Shown piece by piece: positions 26,866 to 36,176 of a DNA stretch of 64,000 bases. The position numbers and the translations under genes were made by a program. Each line of letters begins with the position of its first letter. The stretch's first letter is position 1. Below the pieces are notes generated by a model. It did no database searches. It was not told where the DNA came from and worked only from the letters and a program-made list of their open reading frames with translations. This DNA is from Candidatus Babeliales bacterium (GTDB taxonomy: Bacteria > Babelota > Babeliae > Babelales > RVW-14), in contig JBAZHB010000002.1 of the NCBI GenBank assembly GCA_041652535.1, positions 1,582 to 65,581 of the forward strand, given 5' to 3'.

Positions 26866-27218
26866 TTGGTGACCTCCTGTAAAAGATTTCTCTCATACCT
26901 GTCACACCTTACCCGGTGTGTCATTCCTTCTTCACACTCATAATGCGTGCAGGTCGGACATATTTTCTCTTGGTGAAATTCCATTAGTGTTTCGTTGTCA
27001 AAGCCATCACTGCAAACATAATCCCTATAATCCTTATCGCCGGACATTACATTTATCAGGTTGTGACATTTCAGACATTCCTTGCGGTTCTGTATGTCAC
27101 CCTGCCAGAAGCCGAATCCTTTTATATACCTTTCACCAACCTCAACAATCCTGCGGCACCAGAAACATTTATGCTGTTTCCGCGCTTTATGTTCGGTTTC
27201 AATATAAAAATCACTCAT
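26862..27218 (-). CDS. Cys-rich protein, unknown function
   Basis: 118 aa; CFWC, CLKC, CPTC, C..C clusters. Confidence 0.4.
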   Translation of the reverse strand: MSDFYIETEHKARKQHKCFWCRRIVEVGERYIKGFGFWQGDIQNRKECLKCHNLINVMSGDKDYRDYVCSDGFDNETLMEFHQEKICPTCTHYECEEGMTHRVRCDRYERNLLQEVTK

Positions 27219-27580
27219 TTTGCAACCTCCTGTAAAAGTTCTGGATTATCCCACACATTACCAATTACCTCAATAAATTCATGTTCGCCCATCATAAAGC
27301 AATCGTTAATCATGTTTTTTATTGTTATTTTGCTGTCGTGCTCCCAATAGCCTTGACAATGTTCTCCGCCCCAACAATGAACAATATACCCCTCATATAT
27401 CTCTTTTCCGTTGCGGTCGTGGAGGCCTGTGTATTGTCCAACCTGCCAAACTTCGTGATATTCCCTACCACCAATAGTGTCAAATTCAATTCCAACAAAC
27501 CCTTCTTTGTGAACAAGGTCACCATAAACCCATTGACCGCTGGCTTTGCTTTTACCCCTAAACTTGTACTCTCTTTCCAT
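27215..27580 (-). CDS. YopX-family protein
   Basis: YKFRGKSKASGQWVYGDL...QYTGLHDRNGKEIYEGYIV...EVIGNVWDNPELL. Confidence 0.8.
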   Translation of the reverse strand: MEREYKFRGKSKASGQWVYGDLVHKEGFVGIEFDTIGGREYHEVWQVGQYTGLHDRNGKEIYEGYIVHCWGGEHCQGYWEHDSKITIKNMINDCFMMGEHEFIEVIGNVWDNPELLQEVAK

Positions 27581-27682
27581 TTCTCTCCCCCCCTTCTGCG
27601 GATGAAGGCTATCCGCGTATCTGCCAGGATATTAATATAGCTCGCCTTGTTATATTCTCAGCCTGCTTCCCCGGCGTGAGTT

Positions 27683-28114
27683 TCAAACTCTAAAAATGAC
27701 GATCATACTTGGGAATGGTGCGCCATGCTTTGCTCCTACAAATTTGATCCGCCCTTTTAAAAGTGAAAAGGCATAGTTTTTATAAACATATTTGTGAAAC
27801 CAGATTGTATCAGTTCGGGCAGGTAGTAAAGCAAAGACAACGCAATTTCCTGTTTGACATTCTTCGTGTGCCTTTTTAATCCACTTTCCGGTTTCTGTTC
27901 TGCTGTAAGGCGGATTCATCCAACATATTTCACCCTGCCATGACTGTTTCAGTCCGTCCTGCTCTTTAGTAAAATACCGTTCGCACTTAGCATTTTCAAT
28001 GGAAGCACACACATCAAGCGTAAATTTTCCATATTCATTTTCAAGATCCTGAATTAGTTTTCTCGGCGTTTCCCATTCATCCGTTTTACTGCTGAACATT
28101 AATTCTGTATTCAC
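27683..28114 (-). CDS. phage N6-adenine DNA methyltransferase (Dam, PF05869-like)
   Basis: FSSKTDEWETP...LDVCAS...CWMNPPYSR (NPPY motif). Confidence 0.75.
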   Translation of the reverse strand: MNTELMFSSKTDEWETPRKLIQDLENEYGKFTLDVCASIENAKCERYFTKEQDGLKQSWQGEICWMNPPYSRTETGKWIKKAHEECQTGNCVVFALLPARTDTIWFHKYVYKNYAFSLLKGRIKFVGAKHGAPFPSMIVIFRV

Positions 28115-28292
28115 TGCCTCACACCCCTTTCTAATCCCATAACTCCTGCCCCTCCCACTTCACGTACTTGCATGGCGCCTTCCACAGACTACACCTTTTA
28201 CAGCAATCCTTACATATATGGCAGTTGCATGGCGCGCGTTCGGTTGGAGTCTTACAGTTGCGGCAAGGGTCGATTTGTTTCATGTCGTTACC

Positions 28293-28574
28293 TCACAAAT
28301 AAATTACTGTCATTTTCTTGCCTATTTTTTCAAGGTCAGAAACCTTTATAAAAAAATGTTCATGCTTAAATGGGTTCATGCCTTTTCTGTAGAATGGGAA
28401 ACTCCGGTGTGTTTTTTCTAATTCCTCTTTTGTGAATTTTTCACAGTAATTTATATCCCTGTAGTATCCTGACTCGCTTCGTTCTTTTGCATCATCAGGC
28501 GTATATTTGCCCCAAAATTCAAGAAACCCATGTGTCATATGTTTTGTTGATGCTATAACATAATTTCTTTCCAT
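28293..28574 (-). CDS. hypothetical protein
   Basis: 93 aa from ATG 28574 (RBS GAGGTG). Confidence 0.4.
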   Translation of the reverse strand: MERNYVIASTKHMTHGFLEFWGKYTPDDAKERSESGYYRDINYCEKFTKEELEKTHRSFPFYRKGMNPFKHEHFFIKVSDLEKIGKKMTVIYL

Positions 28575-28582
28575 TTCACACC

Positions 28583-29350
28583 TCACACTTCTTTAAACAT
28601 TTTGTCGAAATCGCTGTCCGTGTAATTGCGCTGGTCAAAGTTGCCTTTGTTTGGGACTCTGGATTGCTGCTGTGCTTGATTTTCATGTTCCCAAGTCCTA
28701 ACTGCAGCTTTCCAATCTTTCATCTTGTTTTTGCCTATCATCCAGTTTTTTGATGTATAAAAATCGTGCCATTTTTCAGCGTCAACTTGGTTTTTTCGTT
28801 CAGTGCAATATTCTTTAACCTGTTCAATAGTGGGTGGAATAAATTTGTGTGTGTGCGGTTCATCCGCACATATATCTTTTAATTCTTTATTCTTATCATT
28901 CTTTACATTCTTGTTTATATTGTCCCCCTGCTGTTCCCTTCGCGTCTCCTTCGTAAAACCTTCGCTGTTACCTTCGTAATTGTTTAAATCTTGATAGTAG
29001 CTGTATTTAACTACTTCATAGACAAAACCATGTGTTACCTTCGTTGTTACCATCATGTGACCTTCATTGACCCTTTCGTGCGGATTTCGTAGCCAGTCAA
29101 TTATTCCAAATATTTCTTTCTTTGTCGGTTTCTCTTTCCGGTATCCAACTTTATAGGCCATAGCCTCAATAATTTCATTTATTGAAGTCTTGTATTGCCC
29201 TCTTTTTAACCCCTTGAAGTCCGTATGTTGGGCTTTCAAAAGCAACCATATCCAGACCTTTAAATACAAGGGAGGCTTTGACATAATTTCACTTTCTATT
29301 AATTTTCTGCTTAATAAAATACAGCCACCTGGTATTTTAGGTTCTGACAT
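28583..29350 (-). CDS. phage replication/replisome-organiser-like protein (conserved phage C-terminus type)
   Basis: 255 aa. N-terminal winged-helix-like region. C-terminal PPTIEQVKEYC...WHDFYTSKNWMIGKNKMKDWKAAVRTWE. Confidence 0.5.
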   Translation of the reverse strand: MSEPKIPGGCILLSRKLIESEIMSKPPLYLKVWIWLLLKAQHTDFKGLKRGQYKTSINEIIEAMAYKVGYRKEKPTKKEIFGIIDWLRNPHERVNEGHMMVTTKVTHGFVYEVVKYSYYQDLNNYEGNSEGFTKETRREQQGDNINKNVKNDKNKELKDICADEPHTHKFIPPTIEQVKEYCTERKNQVDAEKWHDFYTSKNWMIGKNKMKDWKAAVRTWEHENQAQQQSRVPNKGNFDQRNYTDSDFDKMFKEV

Positions 29351-29826
29351 TAACCCACCCCTTTGCCCATATTACAATCAGTACATAAGGTTCTTAAATT
29401 ATCTTTTGTACTCGTGCCACCTTTAGCTACTGGTTTTATATGGTCGATACATAATTCAACGTCTGGTGGCCTTCTACCGCATACAGTACAACGAAAATTG
29501 TCTCTTTTTAAAATTTCATAGCGAAGTTTTAATGTCATTTCGGAACGAGTCTTTTTTTTAGTTTCCTTTTTGGTTTTGAAGTTAATGTCTGTTACACTAC
29601 ACGCCAACAAATATTTATCATCGTATATGCACAACATCTCCTCAAATAGTTTATGAAAACAATTATTGCAGCCAAATCTAATATCGTTTTTATTTTGCTT
29701 TGAATAAAATACGGTTACCCTTTCTGTTCGCTTATTGCACACACTACAAATTAAATTATCAATTGTAGTATGACAACTATTGTTATTTGAAAAATTAACC
29801 CTTACATTGTTTATTGTTTTTATCAT
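29350..29826 (-). CDS. HNH endonuclease
   Basis: CTVCGRRPPDVELCIDHIKPVAKGGTSTKDNLRTLCTDCNMGK. Confidence 0.85.
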   Translation of the reverse strand: MIKTINNVRVNFSNNNSCHTTIDNLICSVCNKRTERVTVFYSKQNKNDIRFGCNNCFHKLFEEMLCIYDDKYLLACSVTDINFKTKKETKKKTRSEMTLKLRYEILKRDNFRCTVCGRRPPDVELCIDHIKPVAKGGTSTKDNLRTLCTDCNMGKGVG

Positions 29827-29964
29827 ATCTACGCCCCCACCTTTATTACGTTCTACATATATTATACATCATTTTGTATCATAATGCAACACTTTACAAA
29901 CAAATGTTCCCTATTGCATTACTTTGTATAATAGTGTTACAATACATTCAAGGAGGTGTTTTGT

Positions 29965-30108
29965 GTGTCTAATAAGCGGGTAATGGTATCTCTCCCTGAT
30001 GGCATTTATGATAAACTTCAAAAGCAAGCAGACAGTGAAAAACGGTCTTTGTCAAATTTAATCAGGCTAGCTGTTGAGAAGTACCTGGAGGAAGCCGCCC
30101 GCAAATGA
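29965..30108 (+). CDS. CopG/Arc-type ribbon-helix-helix protein
   Basis: 47 aa. GTG start after AAGGAGG. KRVMVSLPDGIYDKLQKQADSEKRSLSNLIRLAVEKYL. Followed by GCCGC/GCGGC hairpin + TTTTCTT. Confidence 0.6.
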   Translation: MSNKRVMVSLPDGIYDKLQKQADSEKRSLSNLIRLAVEKYLEEAARK

Positions 30109-30156
30109 GCGGCTTTTCTTATATCTCTATAAAGCTTTATATAGCCAGGCATCTAA

Positions 30157-30687
30157 TCACCTGCCCCACTCATCTTTTAACCCTGCCAACTCCGCAGGTG
30201 TCATAGTCTCTATTCCCAATTCCTTTGCCTCACTTACAACCCCATCTATCAGTACAGACATTTCCTTTGTGTCGTAGGTTGAGGATCCAAAGAAACATTG
30301 TAGTTGTATCCCCTTCTGGCCGTTTATCGTGACCTCCCCCAGTTCCCTAACAGTGCGCCATTCAGCTTTTACCCTGTCTACTACATTTGGCTTAACTACA
30401 ACATGGGTAAATACTCCATATCTCTCAAGCGCGACAAGGTATAGTTCGTCCTTGGTTGTATGTAGAACCTCAGCCATTTTAGAGAGCAGCACCCACATAT
30501 AAGCGTTAGCATCAAGGCTGCGCTTGTAGCGGTATTGCTTTATTTCAACAAGCAGTTCTTTGCCCTTTAATACAATTTCCTTTAATTCTGCAACCTCGGC
30601 CTGTATCTTGCTTTTGGTCGTCAGGACAACCTCTGTATTGCCGGATTCGTCAAATTGCAGCTTAATTTTCTGAAATACTGCCCTCAC
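30157..30687 (-). CDS. phage recombination-module protein (HNHc_6-like; uncertain)
   Basis: GTG 30687 follows GGGAGG. KRSLDANAYMWVLLSKMAEVL motif recalled from phage 'putative HNHc nuclease' proteins. Confidence 0.35.
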   Translation of the reverse strand: MRAVFQKIKLQFDESGNTEVVLTTKSKIQAEVAELKEIVLKGKELLVEIKQYRYKRSLDANAYMWVLLSKMAEVLHTTKDELYLVALERYGVFTHVVVKPNVVDRVKAEWRTVRELGEVTINGQKGIQLQCFFGSSTYDTKEMSVLIDGVVSEAKELGIETMTPAELAGLKDEWGR

Positions 30688-31009
30688 AATAATTCCTCCC
30701 AAACTGCCGCATGAATTCGCTGTGTCCGTGAACGCCCTCAAACCGTTTCTGTCCCTCTTGCTTTAGTTGAGCGATTAAACCTCTGTCCAGTTCATCTGTT
30801 GTGTTCCTGTGGCATTGTGTACACAGTGAGACGTATAAACCATATCGTTCACTGTGCTGCCTGTCAGGATTGCCACCATATATGTGGTGACGTTCGAGGT
30901 CTACGGTACGGTGACAATTCCAGCAGTAGCCGAGCTCAAATAAACAAGGATACTTCTTCTTGCACGTCTTTTTGTATATTGGTTTAGGATATTGCTGTAC
31001 CTCAAACAT
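30662..31009 (-). CDS. Cys/His-box phage protein (NinG/DUF968-like; uncertain)
   Basis: CWNCH...HHIYGGNPDRQHSERYGLYVSLCTQCH. Confidence 0.35.
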   Translation of the reverse strand: MFEVQQYPKPIYKKTCKKKYPCLFELGYCWNCHRTVDLERHHIYGGNPDRQHSERYGLYVSLCTQCHRNTTDELDRGLIAQLKQEGQKRFEGVHGHSEFMRQFGRNYCEGSISEN

Positions 31010-31682
31010 CGGGGTGAGCCGCCTTGTATCTGATGTTTAAGCAGGGCTGGCACAATTCCAACTTATGGTATTTAATTCCGTCCGCAAGAATTTGTTCACA
31101 GGTCTTTTTCTTCGTTTCCTTTATTTCATTTCCGCAATCATGACAAAGGTGTACAGAATCATCTTTGTCGTCTCGTTCAGGTTTTCCACTCAAACATTCG
31201 GAATAATCAGGTTTATCTTTTTGCGTTGGCTTGCCCAGTTTGCCTGATGTATCCTTTAGATCGGGGTCGTCCTCATCTGTGGCAATCAGAAAGGACATTT
31301 TCAAGAAATACCTTTGTGAATATGTCAACCCACTTCCCAGTGACTTTGACGCCTCATCCTGCTGCCCGAAAAAGTACCAGGGTACATATTCGCGGTCTGC
31401 CGGTTCCTCTGCGTTTATCCATGTAAAGCCCATTGTTCCCTGGGTGATGAAGTCTGTCTTATCCTTGCCGGATGAATTGGTATAGTTGAATTCTTTAAGG
31501 GTACATTCTGACAGGGTAGGGATGAGTAAGACTTTAAGCTCATTCATTTTTTCCATGATTGCGGATAAGATATTGTCAGTGCTTATGTATGGGTAATCCT
31601 TAAAACCCACCTTACCTACCGTATCCTTTTTGAGTGCCTTGACGAGTTTGCGGATTTCTACCAGTTTTTCATGTAGAATCAT
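31002..31682 (-). CDS. ERF-family single-strand annealing protein
   Basis: KLVEIRKLVKALKKD...YPYISTDNILSAI...GSGLTYSQRYFLKMSFLIATDEDDPD. Confidence 0.7.
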   Translation of the reverse strand: MILHEKLVEIRKLVKALKKDTVGKVGFKDYPYISTDNILSAIMEKMNELKVLLIPTLSECTLKEFNYTNSSGKDKTDFITQGTMGFTWINAEEPADREYVPWYFFGQQDEASKSLGSGLTYSQRYFLKMSFLIATDEDDPDLKDTSGKLGKPTQKDKPDYSECLSGKPERDDKDDSVHLCHDCGNEIKETKKKTCEQILADGIKYHKLELCQPCLNIRYKAAHPDV

Positions 31683-32236
31683 AATTCTACCTCAAATATG
31701 TTCGGCCTTTCGTTCGCGGTCACACCCTCCACAACCTCACCGTCAGCCGTCAAGACCTTGCCGGACTGCACAATTACACCTTTCTTAAATTCTGCCCAAT
31801 CCGCCTTTTCCTCAACTTTTACCTTGTCCTCATATCCATTTGCCTTGAGCCATTTTACAAGGTTTTTCTCGTCCCTGATAAACTCCGGCGTTCCGTATTT
31901 CAGCTTCAATGTACCGGAAGGCAGTTTATAGGTTTCCTGCGTTTTAGTGGCTTTGTGCGGCACGGATTCAAAGTAATTCTGCAACTGCTGTTTCAGATAT
32001 GCTGTCTTGGTTTCAAACCGTTCTTGCGCCTTCTGTGCCTTCATGTTGTATTCGCCCACAAATGTTTTGCAGACATTTATGTATCTCTGTGTTTCTGCTG
32101 TTTCTTCGGTAATGATTTTCAACGCCCACTCTGCAAGGTTGTCGTTGTCGATTTTAAAGCCTTCCTGTACATCTTCCTCAATGATTTCCAGCGCCAGATT
32201 ATCCATTACTTCTTCCCCTCCCATTCCTTTAGCCAT
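31679..32236 (-). CDS. Gam-like host-nuclease inhibitor family protein
   Basis: 185 aa. NLAEWALKII..., coiled N-terminal half, position directly upstream of ERF. Confidence 0.5.
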   Translation of the reverse strand: MAKGMGGEEVMDNLALEIIEEDVQEGFKIDNDNLAEWALKIITEETAETQRYINVCKTFVGEYNMKAQKAQERFETKTAYLKQQLQNYFESVPHKATKTQETYKLPSGTLKLKYGTPEFIRDEKNLVKWLKANGYEDKVKVEEKADWAEFKKGVIVQSGKVLTADGEVVEGVTANERPNIFEVEL

Positions 32237-32379
32237 GGCTTAACCGCCTCGTGACTTTCCTTCACACCCACGCCCATTATTGCCCTATACGCCGCATATG
32301 CACTCTCATTGTCACCTTTGATGTATGCGCTGCGTACGCGCTTCTTGGTGTTCACCAGTTCAAAGCATAGAAATTTCAT
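32206..32379 (-). CDS. hypothetical small protein
   Basis: 57 aa from ATG 32379 (RBS GAGGGAGG). Confidence 0.35.
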   Translation of the reverse strand: MKFLCFELVNTKKRVRSAYIKGDNESAYAAYRAIMGVGVKESHEAVKPWLKEWEGKK

Positions 32380-32392
32380 ACATTTACCTCCC

Positions 32393-32596
32393 TCAAAATT
32401 TATTTGGACACCCATTATGATAATTTGTCAGACACAGCCAGCGTGGTTTATTGCTTTCAGAATATCCATGCCCCACGCCGCAGGCAGACCGTACAGGGCA
32501 GTTGTGCGGATGAAAACATTCCCGCGATGGACATTCCTTGCTAATAACCTCCACCAGTCTTGTTGAGCCTGCAAATTTAACTTTTACCTTCATCAC
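32393..32596 (-). CDS. small Cys-rich protein
   Basis: 67 aa; RBS GAGGGAAG. Confidence 0.35.
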   Translation of the reverse strand: MMKVKVKFAGSTRLVEVISKECPSRECFHPHNCPVRSACGVGHGYSESNKPRWLCLTNYHNGCPNKF

Positions 32597-32621
32597 ACCA
32601 CTTCCCTCAAAATTAATTGAT

Positions 32622-32834
32622 TTATTGGGGCGCGTTCGGCAGATTCATCCAATGTGTAACACCCTGCGAAACATACCATTTTGTATACCGTTGTATTCCG
32701 TCTTTGATACCGGCCGTAATATCTTTAAAATAATCCTCTACATGGACCATATCCATACCGCCGTGATTGAAATAAACAAATACGGAATAATCACCCAAAG
32801 GCGGCAAACTGTCGTTTACGCTTATCCATTCCAT
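32622..32834 (-). CDS. DUF551-family protein
   Basis: MEWISVNDSLPP...VTHWMNLPNAP. Confidence 0.75.
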   Translation of the reverse strand: MEWISVNDSLPPLGDYSVFVYFNHGGMDMVHVEDYFKDITAGIKDGIQRYTKWYVSQGVTHWMNLPNAPQ

Positions 32835-32943
32835 TCCTTCAACCCTCCCTCTAAAATTAATTTGCCCCCGACAGTCTAAACCCGCTGAGCTGCCAGGCCG
32901 CTTTTGACAGTAAAGGAAAGCGGGGGCAAAAGGTTAACTATCC

Positions 32944-33213
32944 CTATGGCAACTTCGCAACCCCTTTGTTAGTAGCTACTGCATATATCTTTAATTCCGG
33001 TATTGATACTTTCCATGGGAATTCTACGTCATTACGCTTATCAACATTAAGTTTCAAACTGTATTTTTCTGACAGACTTATGAGATCATCAATCATTAAT
33101 TGCAAATGCCCCATGCCACTATCATGAGTGATATCACACATTCCAACTGTAACTAGCTCCTTGTTGATGTCTAAAAAAGTATCTATTTTCTGTTTCAATT
33201 CCTCTAATTCCAT
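32944..33213 (-). CDS. hypothetical protein
   Basis: 89 aa; RBS AAGGGGG. Confidence 0.4.
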   Translation of the reverse strand: MELEELKQKIDTFLDINKELVTVGMCDITHDSGMGHLQLMIDDLISLSEKYSLKLNVDKRNDVEFPWKVSIPELKIYAVATNKGVAKLP

Positions 33214-33274
33214 ACCTCTAACCCCCTTTCTGCATATTTATACATCCCACCGCATAATAACGGCGGTTTACCAG

Positions 33275-33496
33275 CTAATACAAATCTCCTACCAATTCCT
33301 TAACCTTCTCTTTAATATCCTCAATCTCAGTCAAACCGGATATTTCATCTAGCATATCTTTGATGCCATCTACTCTCTGCTCAAGACCGTCCTTCATACT
33401 ATTAACAGCATCTATCAACATAAAAACTGTGTTATTTTCAATGTCTGTCTGCTCTGCAACTACGGTGTTCTTTTCTATAAAATCACGATATTTCAT
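33275..33496 (-). CDS. small acidic protein (paralog of 34838-35058)
   Basis: 73 aa; ...AEQTDIENNTVFMLIDAVNSMKDGLEQRVDGIKDMLDEISGLTEIEDIKEKVKELVGDLY. Confidence 0.5.
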   Translation of the reverse strand: MKYRDFIEKNTVVAEQTDIENNTVFMLIDAVNSMKDGLEQRVDGIKDMLDEISGLTEIEDIKEKVKELVGDLY

Positions 33497-33771
33497 ACCT
33501 TTATCACCTCTCTTTACTTTTCCTGTACCGCATGGTACAATGTGTATAGTTGTTGACCTCGCCGCCTTGAGCGGTATTTTTTTATTTCGAAAAGAATCCG
33601 CCCCAGTATAGCAAACCTAATGTAAGTAATGCTTCCACAAGCCATGCCCCTAAACTATACTTGCCGGTTCTAGGACGTCCATCAAGAATCACGTATAACA
33701 CAAACGTTATTGCTATCAGGACAAGATAAATTATCTGTGGCGCTCCATAATACAAATCTCACCCCCCCCTT

Positions 33772-34473
33772 TCACTGAACCGTCCACATGCCATCCAGCA
33801 TACCGGTGGAAATGCTGTATGTTATGTTATTTCCAGATTTAACCTTTAACCAATAACCATTGACGTCATACAAGCCTTTGTCAGCAATCAGAGTGTACTT
33901 GATATTATCCAATACGATAAACGGTCTCTTGCCCTCTATAGCCGCCTTCCTAGCCTCCATGAAGCTGACAGGCTGGGGCTCCGGCTTGATTTCTTCAAAC
34001 GTAGTTTTAGAGGTTATATAAGCACTCGTGCAATCAGGGAATATAAGACTGCCTTCTCTAACTAAAGCCACAGGACGCGCCTTGCCACTGCCATCCAAAG
34101 CGAAATATTCTACCGTCTTGTACCGTTTCCCCTCATACCTCTGCGGATTCTCTGCCGCAAGTTTCATTAAATCGTAAGCTTTCAACTTCTTCTCCCCTTC
34201 CTCAATAAGTGTTAAATGTCTGTAGAGATTAGTCGCAATGTGTATTTTGCCGCGTTCACTGCGTAGCAAGTAAAGCGTGCCATAATAGCTAGCATGATGC
34301 TTCCCTATTGCAGCAACGGTATAATCGCCTATTGGAATAATTTCGCCATGCACCCAATCCTTCTTGAAATACTCAAGCCCATTCCTCTTGAAAAATTCGC
34401 TATAAGTTGTGAATGAGCATCCGTTGTTTGACACGTGAACCCTGTCACCAATCTTAAAATCCATAACCTTCAC
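33772..34473 (-). CDS. hypothetical protein
   Basis: 233 aa; RBS GAAGGGGTGAAGG; no motif recognised. Confidence 0.5.
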   Translation of the reverse strand: MKVMDFKIGDRVHVSNNGCSFTTYSEFFKRNGLEYFKKDWVHGEIIPIGDYTVAAIGKHHASYYGTLYLLRSERGKIHIATNLYRHLTLIEEGEKKLKAYDLMKLAAENPQRYEGKRYKTVEYFALDGSGKARPVALVREGSLIFPDCTSAYITSKTTFEEIKPEPQPVSFMEARKAAIEGKRPFIVLDNIKYTLIADKGLYDVNGYWLKVKSGNNITYSISTGMLDGMWTVQ

Positions 34474-34837
34474 CCCTTCAAATTAATGTGCCTCTCCGAG
34501 CTCCCTAGCACCTTCTGCCGCTTCATTTCCTCAAGCTTTCTTGCCTCCTGCTTCCTGCATTCCGTTTTCGCCCAATCCCACATGCCGACAATGATGAGAG
34601 CGCAGACGATTAGTACACCTACCCAAATTGATTCATCCATGGCGTGTACCTCCCCTACCTTGTAGAATTTGCAATCTGTTCGATCCTCTGCTGCATGTTG
34701 GATGCCGGTAATTTATTTGCTCTAATGCGCGCCTCACGAAAAATGTCGAGCGAGATTGTTCGCCTTAGATAGTTCTCTACTGCCTGCCGTTGATAACCTT
34801 CAAATGCCTTTTGGTTTTTGTTCATAGCTTAACCTCC

Positions 34838-35058
34838 CTAATACAAATCCTTTGAAAGCTGTTGGGCTTTAGCCTTGATTTCATCAATCTCAGCAAGTCC
34901 AGTGATTTCATCCAGCATATCGCTGATTCCGTCAACCCTATTTTCAATATCATCTATCATTGACTTAACATCAACCAGCAGCATAAACTCTGTTTCTTCC
35001 TCAATGTCGCTTTGTTCCGCCTCAACAGTGTGTCGATAATGTACTTTCTGTAATCCAT
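34838..35058 (-). pseudogene. frameshifted paralog of 33275..33496
   Basis: MDYRKYIID (frame 0), then the -1 frame reads HTVEAEQSDIEEETEFMLLVDVKSMIDDIENRVDGISDMLDEITGLAEIDEIKAKAQQLSKDLY. The junction is at GAC|AC within ACACAC. Confidence 0.6.
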
Positions 35059-35072
35059 GGTAAAACCTCCCC

Positions 35073-35357
35073 TTATGCGTACATCTTGACCGGATGCCGC
35101 AGATTATAGTAATAGATAGTCCTGCGCTTCGACCTGCTCAATTTGCTGAGCTTAGTTGCCTTCCTGCGGCGTTCAATTGCAGCCTTCCTGATTGAGTCCT
35201 TTGGATTACGGATACCTGGAATGATTTTGCAACCCTCAAACTTACTGGTATGAACCGGATTTGCATACCTGTTGAAACCTGCTGTCATTGCGAAGATTGC
35301 CGCAAGCAGACTTTTGCCCTGTTCGTGCCCTGATACGCCTACATTTGATTTGTCCAT
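35073..35357 (-). CDS. hypothetical basic protein
   Basis: 94 aa; Arg/Lys-rich C-terminus. Confidence 0.4.
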   Translation of the reverse strand: MDKSNVGVSGHEQGKSLLAAIFAMTAGFNRYANPVHTSKFEGCKIIPGIRNPKDSIRKAAIERRRKATKLSKLSRSKRRTIYYYNLRHPVKMYA

Positions 35358-35377
35358 AGACTTGACCCCTCCATTCC

Positions 35378-35593
35378 CTATATAACCTTCTTCCGTGGGT
35401 CAGTTTCCCACGGCTGAACTTTGCCTAGCTTCCAGCGTATTACATCAACGTAGTACTTTGCATCTTTCAAGCTTTTGTGCTTGACTTCCCTAACGAGTTT
35501 TATTGCCTTAATTGGTTCATTTTCAAGTACCAGGTCTTTGACTTTGCGCTTTAAACTAAGCAGTTTTATTTCTACAAAATTGAAAAATACCAT
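35378..35593 (-). CDS. small protein with ribosomal L7/L12 C-terminal-domain-like motif
   Basis: PIKAIKLVREVKHKSLKDAKYYVD parallels L7/L12 [24 protein letters not shown]. ATG 35593 follows AGGAGGGG. Confidence 0.45.
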   Translation of the reverse strand: MVFFNFVEIKLLSLKRKVKDLVLENEPIKAIKLVREVKHKSLKDAKYYVDVIRWKLGKVQPWETDPRKKVI

Positions 35594-35606
35594 CGACTTT
35601 CCCCTC

Positions 35607-35819
35607 CTATAATTTAGTTTCATTGAGAATTTTGATTAACTGCGCTTGAATTCTGGCAATACAGAAGCTTAACTCCATAGGACTCATGCAACTAATTACG
35701 GTTTTAAGGTTGTTTTCTTCAAGTGCTACTAGTAAAAACTTTTCATAAATTTTCTGTTCTTCGCCAGGATCGTTAAAAATTACAATTACACTTGCAGATT
35801 CCATATCCTTGACCTCCAT
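35607..35819 (-). CDS. hypothetical small protein
   Basis: 70 aa ORF in operon register. Confidence 0.35.
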   Translation of the reverse strand: MEVKDMESASVIVIFNDPGEEQKIYEKFLLVALEENNLKTVISCMSPMELSFCIARIQAQLIKILNETKL

Positions 35820-35889
35820 TTCATTTAGTTTCGGAGAGGAAGCTACAGACTTACCTCTCCACTGTTTGATCGTGCTGCCCGGCTGATGG

Positions 35890-36138
35890 TTATACCTTTG
35901 CCTGTACGGTTTCTAGCGTGTCACCAATTTCTTTTACCTGGCTTCTTATACAAATTAGCCTTTCTCTTAAGTTTGCTGGCGGTTCTTTCTTGTCGCACGG
36001 CGGTTGAGGACTTGAACCGTACATTCTGTTATCAATGACATTAGCAAGACTGTTTACCTTGTCAAGTATGTCAATGATTTCCTGTGCTATGTCGTTTAAT
36101 AATTCGATCGGTGCTACTGCACATTTTGCCTCGTTCAT
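35890..36138 (-). CDS. hypothetical small protein
   Basis: 82 aa from ATG 36138 (RBS GGAAGGAGG), immediately downstream of tRNA-like gene A. Confidence 0.45.
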   Translation of the reverse strand: MNEAKCAVAPIELLNDIAQEIIDILDKVNSLANVIDNRMYGSSPQPPCDKKEPPANLRERLICIRSQVKEIGDTLETVQAKV

Positions 36139-36176
36139 ACATTTACCTCCTTCCGTAAATTTTGCCTTTCGGCTTG

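Noticed and set aside
32379-34500. Recurrent AATTAATTTTGAGGGA-like strings before several small early genes, considered as a regulatory repeat
   Set aside because: Each is simply a stop codon region plus a GAGGGA Shine-Dalgarno sequence in an AT-rich spacer. It is too short and degenerate to call a distinct element.
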